This document shows, one piece after another, positions 37,438-47,160 of a stretch of DNA of 64,000 bases. The stretch comes from Candidatus Kerfeldbacteria bacterium RIFCSPLOWO2_02_FULL_42_19 (lineage in GTDB: Bacteria > Patescibacteriota > Patescibacteriia > HO2-48-17), in NCBI GenBank assembly GCA_001818315.1, contig MHKF01000012.1, positions 251,149 through 315,148 of the forward strand. Direction: 5' to 3'. Made by a program: the position numbers and the translations under genes. The notes under the pieces were generated by a model. The model was given only the letters and a program-made list of their open reading frames with translations. It made no database searches and was not told the DNA's origin. Numbering within the stretch: position 1 is the stretch's first letter; the number at the start of each line of letters is the position of its first letter.

Positions 37438-38049
37438 ATGAACGCAAGAACATCTCACCAGCGTGTTTTTCGATCGCGGATATATACCAAAACCGGTGAT
37501 CGCGGTATGACGGGTTTGTTTGGGTCGAAGCGAGTATCGAAAAATACTTTGCGTATTCATGCCTATGGGTCGGTCGACGAATTAAATACTTGCATTGGAT
37601 ATCTTATCGCTCTTCTTGCGACCGAAAGATTGCTTGACAAGAGTGCGCGCGGGCAGTTGAGCAAAGAATTGCAAAATATTCAACGAACGCTTTTTGTCAT
37701 CGGCGCACAACTCGCCACACCTCAGGATGCAACTCTTTCTATCCCGCGTATTACAGAACAGGTTGTCCGCGATATTGAGCAAGGTATTGATGTGCGTGAC
37801 GCACAGCTTGCGCCTCTTACGCATTTCCTTTTGCCTTCTGGCACACCTGCTGCTTCTTGGTGTCATGTCGTGCGCACGGTGTGTCGTCGTGTTGAGCGAG
37901 ATCTTGTAGCACTCCACGAGCAAGAGCCGGTTTCGGAAGTGCTCCTCCAATATATGAATCGCCTGTCAGATTATTTTTTTGTAGTCGCTCGATTTTTGAA
38001 TCAACAAGCGGGTGTGTCCGAATCCGAGTGGCGGACGCATACAAAGTGA
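37438..38049 (+). CDS. pduO: ATP:cob(I)alamin adenosyltransferase, PduO/MMAB type
   Basis: IYTKTGDRGMTGL...HAYGSVDELNTCIG...RTLFVIGAQLA. The exact start is uncertain. Confidence 0.85.
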   Translation: MNARTSHQRVFRSRIYTKTGDRGMTGLFGSKRVSKNTLRIHAYGSVDELNTCIGYLIALLATERLLDKSARGQLSKELQNIQRTLFVIGAQLATPQDATLSIPRITEQVVRDIEQGIDVRDAQLAPLTHFLLPSGTPAASWCHVVRTVCRRVERDLVALHEQEPVSEVLLQYMNRLSDYFFVVARFLNQQAGVSESEWRTHTK

Positions 38050-39636
38050 TCATGATAACTCGTCGCGTTTTTCCTTCATGTAAGAGAACCATTGTTCGAG
38101 AACTTCGATAATGAGTTGGAACGGTGCTTCGATAATGATGTCGAGTATAAAGAGAAAAATATTGATGCGGGAGAATTTTGTACTGATCCAGTTGCCGACT
38201 CGTAAAAACGGGGTTGTTAGGAAGCCTACGAGAAGTGTAATAATATTTTCGCGTCTTTCAATGAGACTCACTTCTTTGACATGTTGACGTAATCGAAATC
38301 CCAAAAAGCTTGCAAGACACAGGAAAAGGAGAAAAAGCGCGCCGCTGAAGGTATTAAATCCAAAGGAAGAAAGCACGTAAATCATTCCCCCAAACGATAC
38401 GGCGTAGGTGAGTGTATAGAGCGTTGTAAATATAATACTAAAAAAGGTTTTTCGTTTGAGTTTTTTTGGAGGCGTTAGTGCAAGTGCATCGTTATAAATC
38501 ATTTTAGGGAGCACCTCCTGAATTTTTTTGAGGTTTTCTTTTTTCGGCATGCGAATCGTGATGCCGAGGATAAACATGAGGATCGGCGGAAACATAATGT
38601 TGATTTCGAGTGGAATGAGCGCGAGCTCGCCGTGTACATACCGATCGTAAGGAATTTCGAGCAATAACGCGATCAACATTTTTGTGAAAAAGATATAGAT
38701 GATACTTCGTGCGACGCCACGAGTGATTTTTCTGCGAATGATTTTAGCGCGTCGTTTGTACGCCGCTTCTATTTCTTCTTTGAGCGTCTGTTTATCGTTT
38801 AAAAGATTTGCAAAATCTTCTTCATGTTTTTCGAGAAGATCCCGAAGGAGCAAAAAAAGTACGGTATATTTTTTTGTCCACCGGTATAATGTGTCTGTAC
38901 GCTGATGTTTAAAATGCGCATCGAGAGCGTTACGAATATTTTCAAAACATGTTGCCATTTTTTCTATCGTATCATTACTCGCATGTTTCCAATGTGGTAC
39001 GTATCTTTCGAGTAGGCGATGGGATATGAGAATTTTATCGGCTTTCAAGAGGGATTGTTCGATTGCAATGAAAAGTTGAATACTTAATTCTTCTTTCGGG
39101 ATATTTTTTAATTCTTCCGGAAGATTCTTTTCGAAAATTTCGTACATGTATGTAGCAAATGCTTCATCCTGGTGAGTATCCGCAAGTTGGGATTCGATTT
39201 CACTTGCTGCAATGCCTATTGTCCATTTAAAGGCTTTTTGACGCTTTTGAAGCCCGTCGTTTTTTTCAATAGTATTGAGAAGCCTTTGATATTTGTGGAT
39301 CGTTTTAGCAATGATCGGAATCATTTTGTCCGAGAGGGTTCGATTTGGGAGGTATCGCGCTCGAATGAGTTCTAATATCAATGATTCAGCGACTTCTTCA
39401 CTTTTTTTCTGGAAGAAGAGGCGCCTTGAAAGGATGCGGGCAATGGCATTTTTACGCAATAAGTGTTCTTCGCTATATTCCAAAGCATTACGGATTCTTT
39501 CGTAAAAGAAAGATGCCTTACTGAGAATTTCATTTACAGCGATCGTCGTGCCGCCTTTTTCACCTTTCACGAGGAGTTCGGTCGGTTGCGCAAAGTATTT
39601 TTGATAGAGTTTTCGGATGATAGCGTCGTTTCCCAT
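38050..39636 (-). CDS. Hypothetical membrane protein (cytoplasmic helical N-domain plus about 6 TM C-domain)
   Basis: 528-aa ORF with no motif I recognise. Confidence 0.5.
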   Translation of the reverse strand: MGNDAIIRKLYQKYFAQPTELLVKGEKGGTTIAVNEILSKASFFYERIRNALEYSEEHLLRKNAIARILSRRLFFQKKSEEVAESLILELIRARYLPNRTLSDKMIPIIAKTIHKYQRLLNTIEKNDGLQKRQKAFKWTIGIAASEIESQLADTHQDEAFATYMYEIFEKNLPEELKNIPKEELSIQLFIAIEQSLLKADKILISHRLLERYVPHWKHASNDTIEKMATCFENIRNALDAHFKHQRTDTLYRWTKKYTVLFLLLRDLLEKHEEDFANLLNDKQTLKEEIEAAYKRRAKIIRRKITRGVARSIIYIFFTKMLIALLLEIPYDRYVHGELALIPLEINIMFPPILMFILGITIRMPKKENLKKIQEVLPKMIYNDALALTPPKKLKRKTFFSIIFTTLYTLTYAVSFGGMIYVLSSFGFNTFSGALFLLFLCLASFLGFRLRQHVKEVSLIERRENIITLLVGFLTTPFLRVGNWISTKFSRINIFLFILDIIIEAPFQLIIEVLEQWFSYMKEKRDELS

Positions 39637-39699
39637 AACTCTATTATATCGTAAAAGACTTTCGCGTCACAAATTAAGGTCATGCCGTTGAACAATAGC

Positions 39700-39885
39700 G
39701 GGACTGTCGTTGAATGTGCTTTTGTCTGTGAAAAAGCATTTGCACAAAGTACAAAGAGGAGCAAGACTCTCCTTTCTCAGCACACTGTGCACTGTCAGTG
39801 TTTCGAAAGCGAGAGTCTTGCTCCTCTTTGTACTTTGAATCACATTCATTGACTCACAGACAAAAGCGCATTCAACGACAGTCCC
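39700..39885. repeat. Composite family A element: 31-bp outer inverted-repeat arms plus perfect 27-bp-stem hairpin
   Basis: gggactgtcgttgaatgtgcttttgtctgtga pairs with tcacagacaaaagcgcattcaacgacagtccc. The inner hairpin is caaagtacaaagaggagcaagactctc and its exact reverse complement, with the ctcagcacactgtgcactgtcagtgtttcgaaag core. Confidence 0.9.
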
Positions 39886-39988
39886 ACAATGGTTCAGATT
39901 ATTTTTTACGAAGTTCCTACTGACAAGATCACGTCGTCACGGTATAATAGATTTGCGCGTGTTCGATGAAAATTTCAGAAACAAATAT

Positions 39989-40618
39989 ATGAAAAAAATT
40001 CTTTATTGCGTTCGGCACGGGCAAAGCCTTGATGAACAGAACAGTTGGTTTACCGGATTTACCGACACGTCTTTAACTCCACGCGGCTTGAACGAAATGC
40101 ATCACGTCGGTACACGATTTCATGTCACACCGGTGGATGTGATCTATGCTTCAGTTCAAAACCGCGCACTTCAATCCGCAGAAATTCTTCAACGTTATCT
40201 TCACTGTGATATCCATGCTTTGCGAGAACTTACAGAGTGGAATCGTGAGGGTATTTTGAGTGGACTGACGTATTCCCAAGTTGCTCGATTATACCCCGAG
40301 GAGTTACGAAACCTTACGTATTTCCGTTCTCATGCTCTGTACGGTGAATCCTATAATGATTTTCTTGCACGTGTTCTTTCGGTGTTTGAAGTGATATTGC
40401 AGAGTTCGTACCGACGTATTATGATTGTAACTCACGGCAATGTGATTGGCATTTGGCTTCGGGAAGTGTATCGGATTATTCCCTATACTTTCCATCTTGC
40501 GTACCCAGATCATATTGTTGCAGTGCGTCTGAATCATAAGCACAAAATTGAATCTCTTCAGAGTGCTTTTCTTCATCATAATCTCTATGCATCCAAAGCG
40601 CTGGGAAAAAATTCTTGA
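39989..40618 (+). CDS. Histidine phosphatase (phosphoglycerate mutase-like) family protein
   Basis: The RHG motif (CVRHGQS), followed by TPRG, and THGNVI. Confidence 0.8.
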   Translation: MKKILYCVRHGQSLDEQNSWFTGFTDTSLTPRGLNEMHHVGTRFHVTPVDVIYASVQNRALQSAEILQRYLHCDIHALRELTEWNREGILSGLTYSQVARLYPEELRNLTYFRSHALYGESYNDFLARVLSVFEVILQSSYRRIMIVTHGNVIGIWLREVYRIIPYTFHLAYPDHIVAVRLNHKHKIESLQSAFLHHNLYASKALGKNS

Positions 40619-40907
40619 GCATATCAAATCACAATACACTGTGTTGGAGCATCATCCTCCAGAACCAGTCGAAGGAACCGAGGCGGTTTTGAAAGAGTCG
40701 ATTGTTGTTCAAGGACAACAGGGAAAAACGCGCTTTGAACGTTTCACTCGCGTTCCAGTCAAAGAAGATCCACTAGATACTTCACATTCTGCAGATTGGA
40801 TTTTTTCCGAACTCGCGATCACGAGTTATGTGAAAGGGTATCGTTGGAATGAGAAGTCCGGGAGCTGGGATGAATTTAATGTAAAGGATATATTTTTTAA
40901 AACATGA
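40587..40907 (+). CDS. Hypothetical protein
   Basis: ORF in a compact gene string. The start was chosen at MHPKRWEK, and the true start is uncertain. Confidence 0.35.
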   Translation: MHPKRWEKILEHIKSQYTVLEHHPPEPVEGTEAVLKESIVVQGQQGKTRFERFTRVPVKEDPLDTSHSADWIFSELAITSYVKGYRWNEKSGSWDEFNVKDIFFKT

Positions 40908-41323
40908 AACGCGTTTTAGTTTTTGGTACATTCGACGGTATTCATGCAGGACATCGATTTTTATTTCAGAAGGCTCTGGAATTCGGTGATAAGCTTTTTG
41001 TAGTTGTGGCACTGGATGAAACCGTACGTCGCGTGAAGGGACGCATGCCTTGTTGGTCACAAACAGAACGTTTGGATTTAGTGCAAAAAGAACCTTGTGT
41101 TTTTAAAGCATTACTCGGGTACCCTGGCGATAAATATCGAGTGATCGAAGAAATTCAGCCGCATGTGATTTGTTTAGGATATGATCAGAAAACGTTTGTA
41201 GATGGACTTCCGGAGGCCTTAGAGATTCGTAACATCAGTGTTCGAATAGTCCGCCTTGATGCTTTTTACCCCGAACAATTTAAGTCTTCAATTCTTTTCG
41301 CCAAACGCAAGTCAGTTGCGTGA
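40904..41323 (+). CDS. Cytidylyltransferase-like nucleotidyltransferase (RibL/TagD-like; H-x-G-H motif)
   Basis: VFGTFDGIHAGHRFLF...LFVVVALDE resembles archaeal FAD synthase RibL and glycerol-3-phosphate cytidylyltransferase. Confidence 0.7.
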   Translation: MKRVLVFGTFDGIHAGHRFLFQKALEFGDKLFVVVALDETVRRVKGRMPCWSQTERLDLVQKEPCVFKALLGYPGDKYRVIEEIQPHVICLGYDQKTFVDGLPEALEIRNISVRIVRLDAFYPEQFKSSILFAKRKSVA

Positions 41324-42592
41324 ATGATATATATGAATTCCGAAGCACAACATTCGATATATTCTGTGAGTGAATTTTTGGATTCACTCAATACTTCGCT
41401 TTCGCAGGAGGTTTTTTATGTCAAAGGCGAAGTGAGCGATTATAAAATTATTCAGAATCGCTATGTTGTCTTTGATGTCAAAGATGAAAAAGGAAAAATG
41501 AATTGTTTTTTGATGTTCTATCAACTTGAAGTTCAAATCGAAGACGGAATGGAAATTGTTGTGAAAGGTTTGCCGCATATCTATATTCCACAAGGGCGTT
41601 TTTCTTTTCGTGTCATCGGTATCGAACCGGTTGGCGAAGGAGCACTGAAGCGTGCGTTGATACTCACGAAACGTAAACTCGAAAAAGAAGGGCTTTTTGA
41701 TGAACGATACAAAGCAGCGCCGCCGTCTGTACCAGAAACGATTGGTCTTGTGACATCACAAGACGCCGCGGCGTACACAGATGTATTACGGATTCTTACG
41801 AATCGTTGGTCGGGTTTGACGATTTATTTTCATCATGCTTCGGTGCAGGGGGAACGTGCCGTAGCTGAAATCGTGGATGCTTTGGATTGGTTTAATAAAT
41901 ATCGTCCCGTTGATGTCATTATTGTTACTCGCGGCGGTGGAAGCCTTGAAGACTTGCAAGCATTTAATTCTGAAGCTGTATGCCGAGCCGTTTTTGCCTC
42001 GCATATGCCAATTATTACAGGCGTTGGACACGAACGTGATGTTACTCTTGTTGATCTTGTAGCCGATGTACGTGCAAGTACACCTTCGAATGCGGCAGAA
42101 ATCGCTGTGCCGGATAAAGTAACTTTTGTGAGTCAACTTTTGATAACACGACAACAATTGCGTTCGCATCTTTTTCGTATTTTGGACGATGTCCAGCGAA
42201 ATGTGTATACTATTTTCGAGCGTCTGCAGCGTATTCTAGCTGATCGTACGGAATTTTTTGCTTTACTTACGCGACGGCTCGATGCTCTCAAACGCACTTT
42301 TTCTTACACACTCCAACAGTCGTTACTTTTCCTTTCACAGCATCGTTTGCGCTTGCAACGTTCGCTGACACAATCCTTGAGTATGTACACTCAACAACTT
42401 CGTTTCCGTCAGCAAACACTCACGCATCTTCATCCACAATTCCCTTTGCAGCGTGGCTTTTCGCTCACGCGGGATGCGTCCGGGAAAATTTTGCGTCACG
42501 CTTCCGATGTACATATTGGCGATTTGATTCGTACAGAACTTCAGGATGGATCGATCCAGAGTCACGTACGTAACCTTAAACTTGATACATAA
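41324..42592 (+). CDS. xseA: Exodeoxyribonuclease VII large subunit
   Basis: OB-fold N-terminus (VKGEVSDYK...RYVVFDVKDE), the catalytic region (VTRGGGSLEDLQAFN) and a coiled-coil C-terminus. Confidence 0.88.
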   Translation: MIYMNSEAQHSIYSVSEFLDSLNTSLSQEVFYVKGEVSDYKIIQNRYVVFDVKDEKGKMNCFLMFYQLEVQIEDGMEIVVKGLPHIYIPQGRFSFRVIGIEPVGEGALKRALILTKRKLEKEGLFDERYKAAPPSVPETIGLVTSQDAAAYTDVLRILTNRWSGLTIYFHHASVQGERAVAEIVDALDWFNKYRPVDVIIVTRGGGSLEDLQAFNSEAVCRAVFASHMPIITGVGHERDVTLVDLVADVRASTPSNAAEIAVPDKVTFVSQLLITRQQLRSHLFRILDDVQRNVYTIFERLQRILADRTEFFALLTRRLDALKRTFSYTLQQSLLFLSQHRLRLQRSLTQSLSMYTQQLRFRQQTLTHLHPQFPLQRGFSLTRDASGKILRHASDVHIGDLIRTELQDGSIQSHVRNLKLDT

Positions 42593-42601
42593 TACTTTGC
42601 A

Positions 42602-42838
42602 GTGCCTATGCCACAAAAAAAAGAAAATATAAATCAGTTGAAAGAACGTCTCGATCACATTATTGAAGCGCTTGAGTCCGGTGATTTGGATATTGAAGTG
42701 AGTGTCGCCAAATACGAAGAGGCCGTGAAACTCATTTCCATTATGCAGCAACAGTTGAAAGAGTTAAAAAATAAGGTAGAAAAAATTGATCGTGCTTTTC
42801 CTGCGCAAGAGCGTGAGGTTGAAAAAGATCCGTCATAA
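42602..42838 (+). CDS. xseB: Exodeoxyribonuclease VII small subunit
   Basis: 78 aa (LKERLDHIIEALESGDLDIEVSVAKYEEAVKLI) immediately after xseA. Confidence 0.88.
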   Translation: MPMPQKKENINQLKERLDHIIEALESGDLDIEVSVAKYEEAVKLISIMQQQLKELKNKVEKIDRAFPAQEREVEKDPS

Positions 42839-42840
42839 CT

Positions 42841-44064
42841 ATGTTGCTTGCTCATGGACCTCTTGGTATCCTTATTGCTTGGAAAATACTTTCATCTTCG
42901 CGAAGTTTTGCAGTGTTGCGAAAACAACAGTGGCTTTTTTTATTCGTAGGCTTCCTCGGTGGCCTTTTTCCAGATATTGATTTATTGTATACCTACCTCG
43001 TGGACGCAAGAGTGAGCCACCGAGAATTTTATACGCATTCTTTTTTTATTTATCTTGCTGTTTTCATTGTGTGCTATGCGTTGTGTGTGCTCACGAAACG
43101 CCCCGTCTGGATGCGTATGCTGTTTCTTGTTTTTTTTCTCGGTGTCACAAGTCATCTTCTGAGCGATGCTATCGGATACCAAATTATACTTTTGCTTCCA
43201 TTCTCGAAAAAATTGTTTGGTCTCACGAATTTTCATTTTCTTGCCTTTTCCGGATTTTTACTCAATTGGCTTTTTGAAGTTTTCATCTTTTTTCTTTTTG
43301 GCTTGCTCTTTGTGAAACTTTTTATTCGAGTTTTCAAGGTGCGCATTATCCTCTTGATTCTTTTAGGAGTATTCTGGATTTTTGGCAGTGTTGGGATTGT
43401 ATATTTTTTTCAACACATACTGCATACTAATGCAAATTTTGCGTATGCTGATTATGATAAAGATACGATACGTAATCGTTATGACGAAGATCTGGATGGA
43501 GATGGCATTGTCAATAGTCGAGATGCGGATAGTGATGATGACGGACTTTCGAATATTGAGGAATTTTCCATTGCCGCAGAAAAAATTCGTGATATTTGGT
43601 TCGATCCGTCAGATGGAAAATGGCTGGAAATTCCCGCGCGACTTGGCTTTGCCTCGGTTGTCGATGTCGTGGCACATGTTTATTATGAAGCGGGTGTGCC
43701 GTTGTTTCCCGAGATGCAGGCTGATTTTTTTGTAACGTCGGAAGGGTACATTTCGCCGCCAACTGATGCGTACTTCGATACGAGTGTTCAGAATGTACAA
43801 GCATGGCTCGCGCATACTCATCGGCTTTTACCAGGCGATACACGCGATCTGAAAGTTGGAGACATTCTTTTTTTTAATGCCTCTGCAAAAGCGCATGTTG
43901 CTGTTGTGAAACAGTTATCTTCAGACGCCGGTATAGTGTTACTTGAAGCACATTCGAGTCACGGTGCTTCACCTATTCTGTATGAAGACGTGCGGAAGCG
44001 CGAAGGAGATCCGACAGCCGTAGGGCGACTGCTCTATCCAGTACTTTTCGACGTACAATATTGA
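42841..44064 (+). CDS. Membrane protein with a YdjM-like (DUF457) metal-dependent hydrolase N-domain, a Ca-binding DxDxDG repeat linker, and a C-terminal domain
   Basis: TM helices with GLFPDIDLL...SHLLSD. Then RYDEDLDGDGIVNSRDADSDDDGLSNIEEF, a thrombospondin-type-3-like repeat. Confidence 0.55.
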   Translation: MLLAHGPLGILIAWKILSSSRSFAVLRKQQWLFLFVGFLGGLFPDIDLLYTYLVDARVSHREFYTHSFFIYLAVFIVCYALCVLTKRPVWMRMLFLVFFLGVTSHLLSDAIGYQIILLLPFSKKLFGLTNFHFLAFSGFLLNWLFEVFIFFLFGLLFVKLFIRVFKVRIILLILLGVFWIFGSVGIVYFFQHILHTNANFAYADYDKDTIRNRYDEDLDGDGIVNSRDADSDDDGLSNIEEFSIAAEKIRDIWFDPSDGKWLEIPARLGFASVVDVVAHVYYEAGVPLFPEMQADFFVTSEGYISPPTDAYFDTSVQNVQAWLAHTHRLLPGDTRDLKVGDILFFNASAKAHVAVVKQLSSDAGIVLLEAHSSHGASPILYEDVRKREGDPTAVGRLLYPVLFDVQY

Positions 44065-44912
44065 GTTTTGTGGAAAATGGTATGACGTTCACTCACATCG
44101 TCGCCGCTCTTATTCTCGGCGCACTTCAAGGTATTACAGAGTTTCTCCCTGTTTCTTCTTCAGGGCATCTTATTTTTTTTCGCGATGTACTGGGGTTTGA
44201 ATTAGAGAATAGCCTTTTTTTCGACGTTTTTCTTCATCTTGCAACACTGTGCGTTGTGCTGATTTATTTTCGTACGGATGTCGCTCGTCTTTTCCATGGC
44301 TTTGTACAGAGCCTCAAAACCTTTGATGTTTCGCAGTCAGCTCAAAGACTTTCCTGGTTGATACTCATCGCAAGCCTCCCCGCTGCCCTTTTTGGTTTTT
44401 TCTTTGAAGATATTGTAGAACGCTATGCGAGAAATTCTGGGGTAGTGATACTTATGCTCATCCTTATTGGTGTGTTGTTCCTTGTTGTAGATAGGAAAAA
44501 TTTCCAACCCAAGTTCGAACTTTCATTTTTACGCTTGCGTCATGTTTTGATTATTGGTTGTGCGCAGGCTCTCGCGCTGATTCCCGGGACTTCGCGTTCT
44601 GGTATTACAATGATTGCTGGCATGACACAGGGACTTTCGCGTCGTGATGCAGCGAAGTTTTCCTTTCTTCTTTCGCTGCCTACGGTCGCTGGCGCAGGTT
44701 TGAAAAAGTTGATTGAGAGTGTTATGATGGGTCTCAGTATTGAAGCATGGATGCTCGCGATCATCGGCTTTTTCTCTGCGTTTATTTTTGGCTTTCTGAG
44801 CGTCGCGTTTCTCATGAAATTTCTTGAACGACATTCACTGCATGTCTTTGCCTGGTATCGATTTATACTTGCTTTTTTTATCTTTATTTATCTTGTGCGA
44901 GTTTTTTTATGA
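44061..44912 (+). CDS. uppP: Undecaprenyl-diphosphatase
   Basis: ALQGITEFLPVSSSGHL...PGTSRSGITM signatures. Confidence 0.9.
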   Translation: MSFVENGMTFTHIVAALILGALQGITEFLPVSSSGHLIFFRDVLGFELENSLFFDVFLHLATLCVVLIYFRTDVARLFHGFVQSLKTFDVSQSAQRLSWLILIASLPAALFGFFFEDIVERYARNSGVVILMLILIGVLFLVVDRKNFQPKFELSFLRLRHVLIIGCAQALALIPGTSRSGITMIAGMTQGLSRRDAAKFSFLLSLPTVAGAGLKKLIESVMMGLSIEAWMLAIIGFFSAFIFGFLSVAFLMKFLERHSLHVFAWYRFILAFFIFIYLVRVFL

Positions 44913-45985
44913 AAATTGTCATTCGTGCTGGAGGTGTTGGTTCACGTCTGTGGCCAGTGAGTCGGTCGCAGTGTCCGAAGCAATTTCACGCGTTTGCTTC
45001 TCAAAGAACTATGATTCAGGACGCTGTTGAACGTGTTGCTCCTCTTGCTGATGCCTCCGATATTTTCGTTTCCACAACAGCGAATGCCGTTTCTTTAGTC
45101 ACACAGCAACTTCCGAAGATTCGCAAGGAGCATATTATCGTGGAGCCTGCGCGACGCGATACAGCGGCTGCTATAGGTCTTGAAGCGCTCTATGTTGCTC
45201 GTGAAGATCCTGACGCTGTGATCGCAAGTTTAGGATCGGATCATTTGATTTTAAAACCTGATGAATTTTGTCGGCTGCTTCGGATCGCTGAGACAGTGTT
45301 GAATCGTTATCCTGAATATCTTGTTACGCTGGGTGTCATGCCGACGTATGCAGAAACCGGCTATGGGTATATTCACAAAGGTCGGATTCTTACCGATATT
45401 GAAAACGAAAAAGTGTATCTTGTGGATACGTTTACGGAAAAGCCTGATTTTGCTACTGCAAAGACATTCCTCACCAGCGGGGAATATTTGTGGAACAGCA
45501 ATATGTTTGCTTGGCGGGTTCAGCGCATACTTGCGCTTTTTGCAGAGTATTGTCCGGCGATGTATCGGGGTCTATTGGAGATTCGAGAAGCTCTTGGGAC
45601 ATCCCGCGAGCAGCAGGTTGTCGAACGCGTGTATCCTACCTTAGAAAAAACTTCGATCGATTACGCTATCATTGAAAAGACCCAAAAAATTGCCGTGATT
45701 CCCGCAGACATTGGATGGACCGATATTGGGAATTGGCGAACACTGTATGATGTACTTCCAAAAGATGCGTCTGGGAATGTATTAAAGGGAAATGTTCGTA
45801 GTGTGGATACGCACGATACTTTTGTCTTTGTAAAACCGGAAAAACTTGTCGCGACAGTCGGTTTGCATAATGTTGTGATTGTTGATACTGATGATGCTTT
45901 GCTTGTGTGTGATCAGGAACGAGCTCAAGACGTCAAAAAAATTGTCGAAGCATTGACAGATGGAAAGCAAGACACCTTTTTGTAG
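44909..45985 (+). CDS. Mannose-1-phosphate guanylyltransferase-like sugar nucleotidyltransferase
   Basis: MKIVIRAGGVGSRLWPVSRSQCPKQF (the GxGxRL motif) and a ManC-like core. Confidence 0.85.
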   Translation: MKIVIRAGGVGSRLWPVSRSQCPKQFHAFASQRTMIQDAVERVAPLADASDIFVSTTANAVSLVTQQLPKIRKEHIIVEPARRDTAAAIGLEALYVAREDPDAVIASLGSDHLILKPDEFCRLLRIAETVLNRYPEYLVTLGVMPTYAETGYGYIHKGRILTDIENEKVYLVDTFTEKPDFATAKTFLTSGEYLWNSNMFAWRVQRILALFAEYCPAMYRGLLEIREALGTSREQQVVERVYPTLEKTSIDYAIIEKTQKIAVIPADIGWTDIGNWRTLYDVLPKDASGNVLKGNVRSVDTHDTFVFVKPEKLVATVGLHNVVIVDTDDALLVCDQERAQDVKKIVEALTDGKQDTFL

Positions 45986-45987
45986 GA

Positions 45988-47160
45988 ATGATGTCGATCC
46001 ATTCTTCGGTGTTTTTGCCGGCGTGGAGCAATTTCGTCACGAAAGATTATTCAGGAATAAGTCTTATGCCTTCAGAATCTCTTAGGCTCAAGGAATCACA
46101 TCCTACTCCATCCCGCAAAAAATCCTCTGATGATGGCGGAAGCGGCGGTATTATCGTTTTTTTCGTTTTTATTTTTCTGATTGTATTCCCAACCGCAACC
46201 TTCGCCTTTTTTATGAAAACGATTTATAACCAACCGCAGAGTGCGACAGGTGGAAGTTTTATTGTTGAAACCGGTGAAGGCGGTGTCGTGATTGCTACGC
46301 ATTTGTACGAGCAGAAATTTGTGAGTAATGCGACGGTATTTAAAGTGTATTTGTGGGTGAGCGGGCTTGGCGAGAAACTTCAAGCAGGTTTGTATCAACT
46401 GCCAGTGCGTGCTTCGATGGTTGATATTGCGCATATCCTGAGTAGCGGCAAAGTTCAGAAGAATGAAGTGCGTGTCACAATTCCTGAAGGAAGTTCCTCG
46501 GTGCGCATTGCAGATATTCTGGCTTCGGACGGCGTAATGCAAAAAGAAGATTTTTTGCAACTCGCTACGGTGAGTGATACACGTACGCTGCTTCCAGATG
46601 CGTATTACAATTTTTTCCAGGATAAGCCCGCTGATCAAGGTTTGGAGGGATATTTTTTTCCTGATACCTATTTCTTCTATCGCGATTCAGAGTCGTCTTT
46701 GATTCTTAAGAAATTCCTTGATACGTTTCAAAAACGAGCAGGAGACCTTCTTGCTTCTGCTCAAGCAAACGGAAAAAATATCCATGAAGTTTTGACGCTC
46801 GCAAGTATTGTGGAAGCAGAAGCACAGCGCAAAGAAGACAAGCGTCTCGTCGCTGGAATATTTTTAAAGCGTCTTGAAATCGGGATGCCATTACAGTCAG
46901 ATGCCACTGTCAATTTTGTTACCGGCAAATCTGCTTTGCAACCCACGAGCGAAGATTTAGCACAAGATTCGTTGTATAATACCTATCAACATGTGGGTTT
47001 GCCGCCGGGCCCCATCAATAATCCTGGTCTTGAGAGTATTGAAGCTGTGTTGCAACCGGAGCTTTCTGATTACTTGTATTTTATCGCTTTACCCGATGTC
47101 GGCGTCATATATGCAAAAACTTTTGAAGAACATAAGCAGAATAAAGAAAAATATTTATGA
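45988..47160 (+). CDS. mltG: Endolytic murein transglycosylase MltG (YceG-like)
   Basis: TM anchor and the YceG motifs (GLYQLPVR, YFFPDTYFF, LASIVEAEA, LQSDATVNFV, LPPGPINNPG). Confidence 0.9.
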   Translation: MMSIHSSVFLPAWSNFVTKDYSGISLMPSESLRLKESHPTPSRKKSSDDGGSGGIIVFFVFIFLIVFPTATFAFFMKTIYNQPQSATGGSFIVETGEGGVVIATHLYEQKFVSNATVFKVYLWVSGLGEKLQAGLYQLPVRASMVDIAHILSSGKVQKNEVRVTIPEGSSSVRIADILASDGVMQKEDFLQLATVSDTRTLLPDAYYNFFQDKPADQGLEGYFFPDTYFFYRDSESSLILKKFLDTFQKRAGDLLASAQANGKNIHEVLTLASIVEAEAQRKEDKRLVAGIFLKRLEIGMPLQSDATVNFVTGKSALQPTSEDLAQDSLYNTYQHVGLPPGPINNPGLESIEAVLQPELSDYLYFIALPDVGVIYAKTFEEHKQNKEKYL

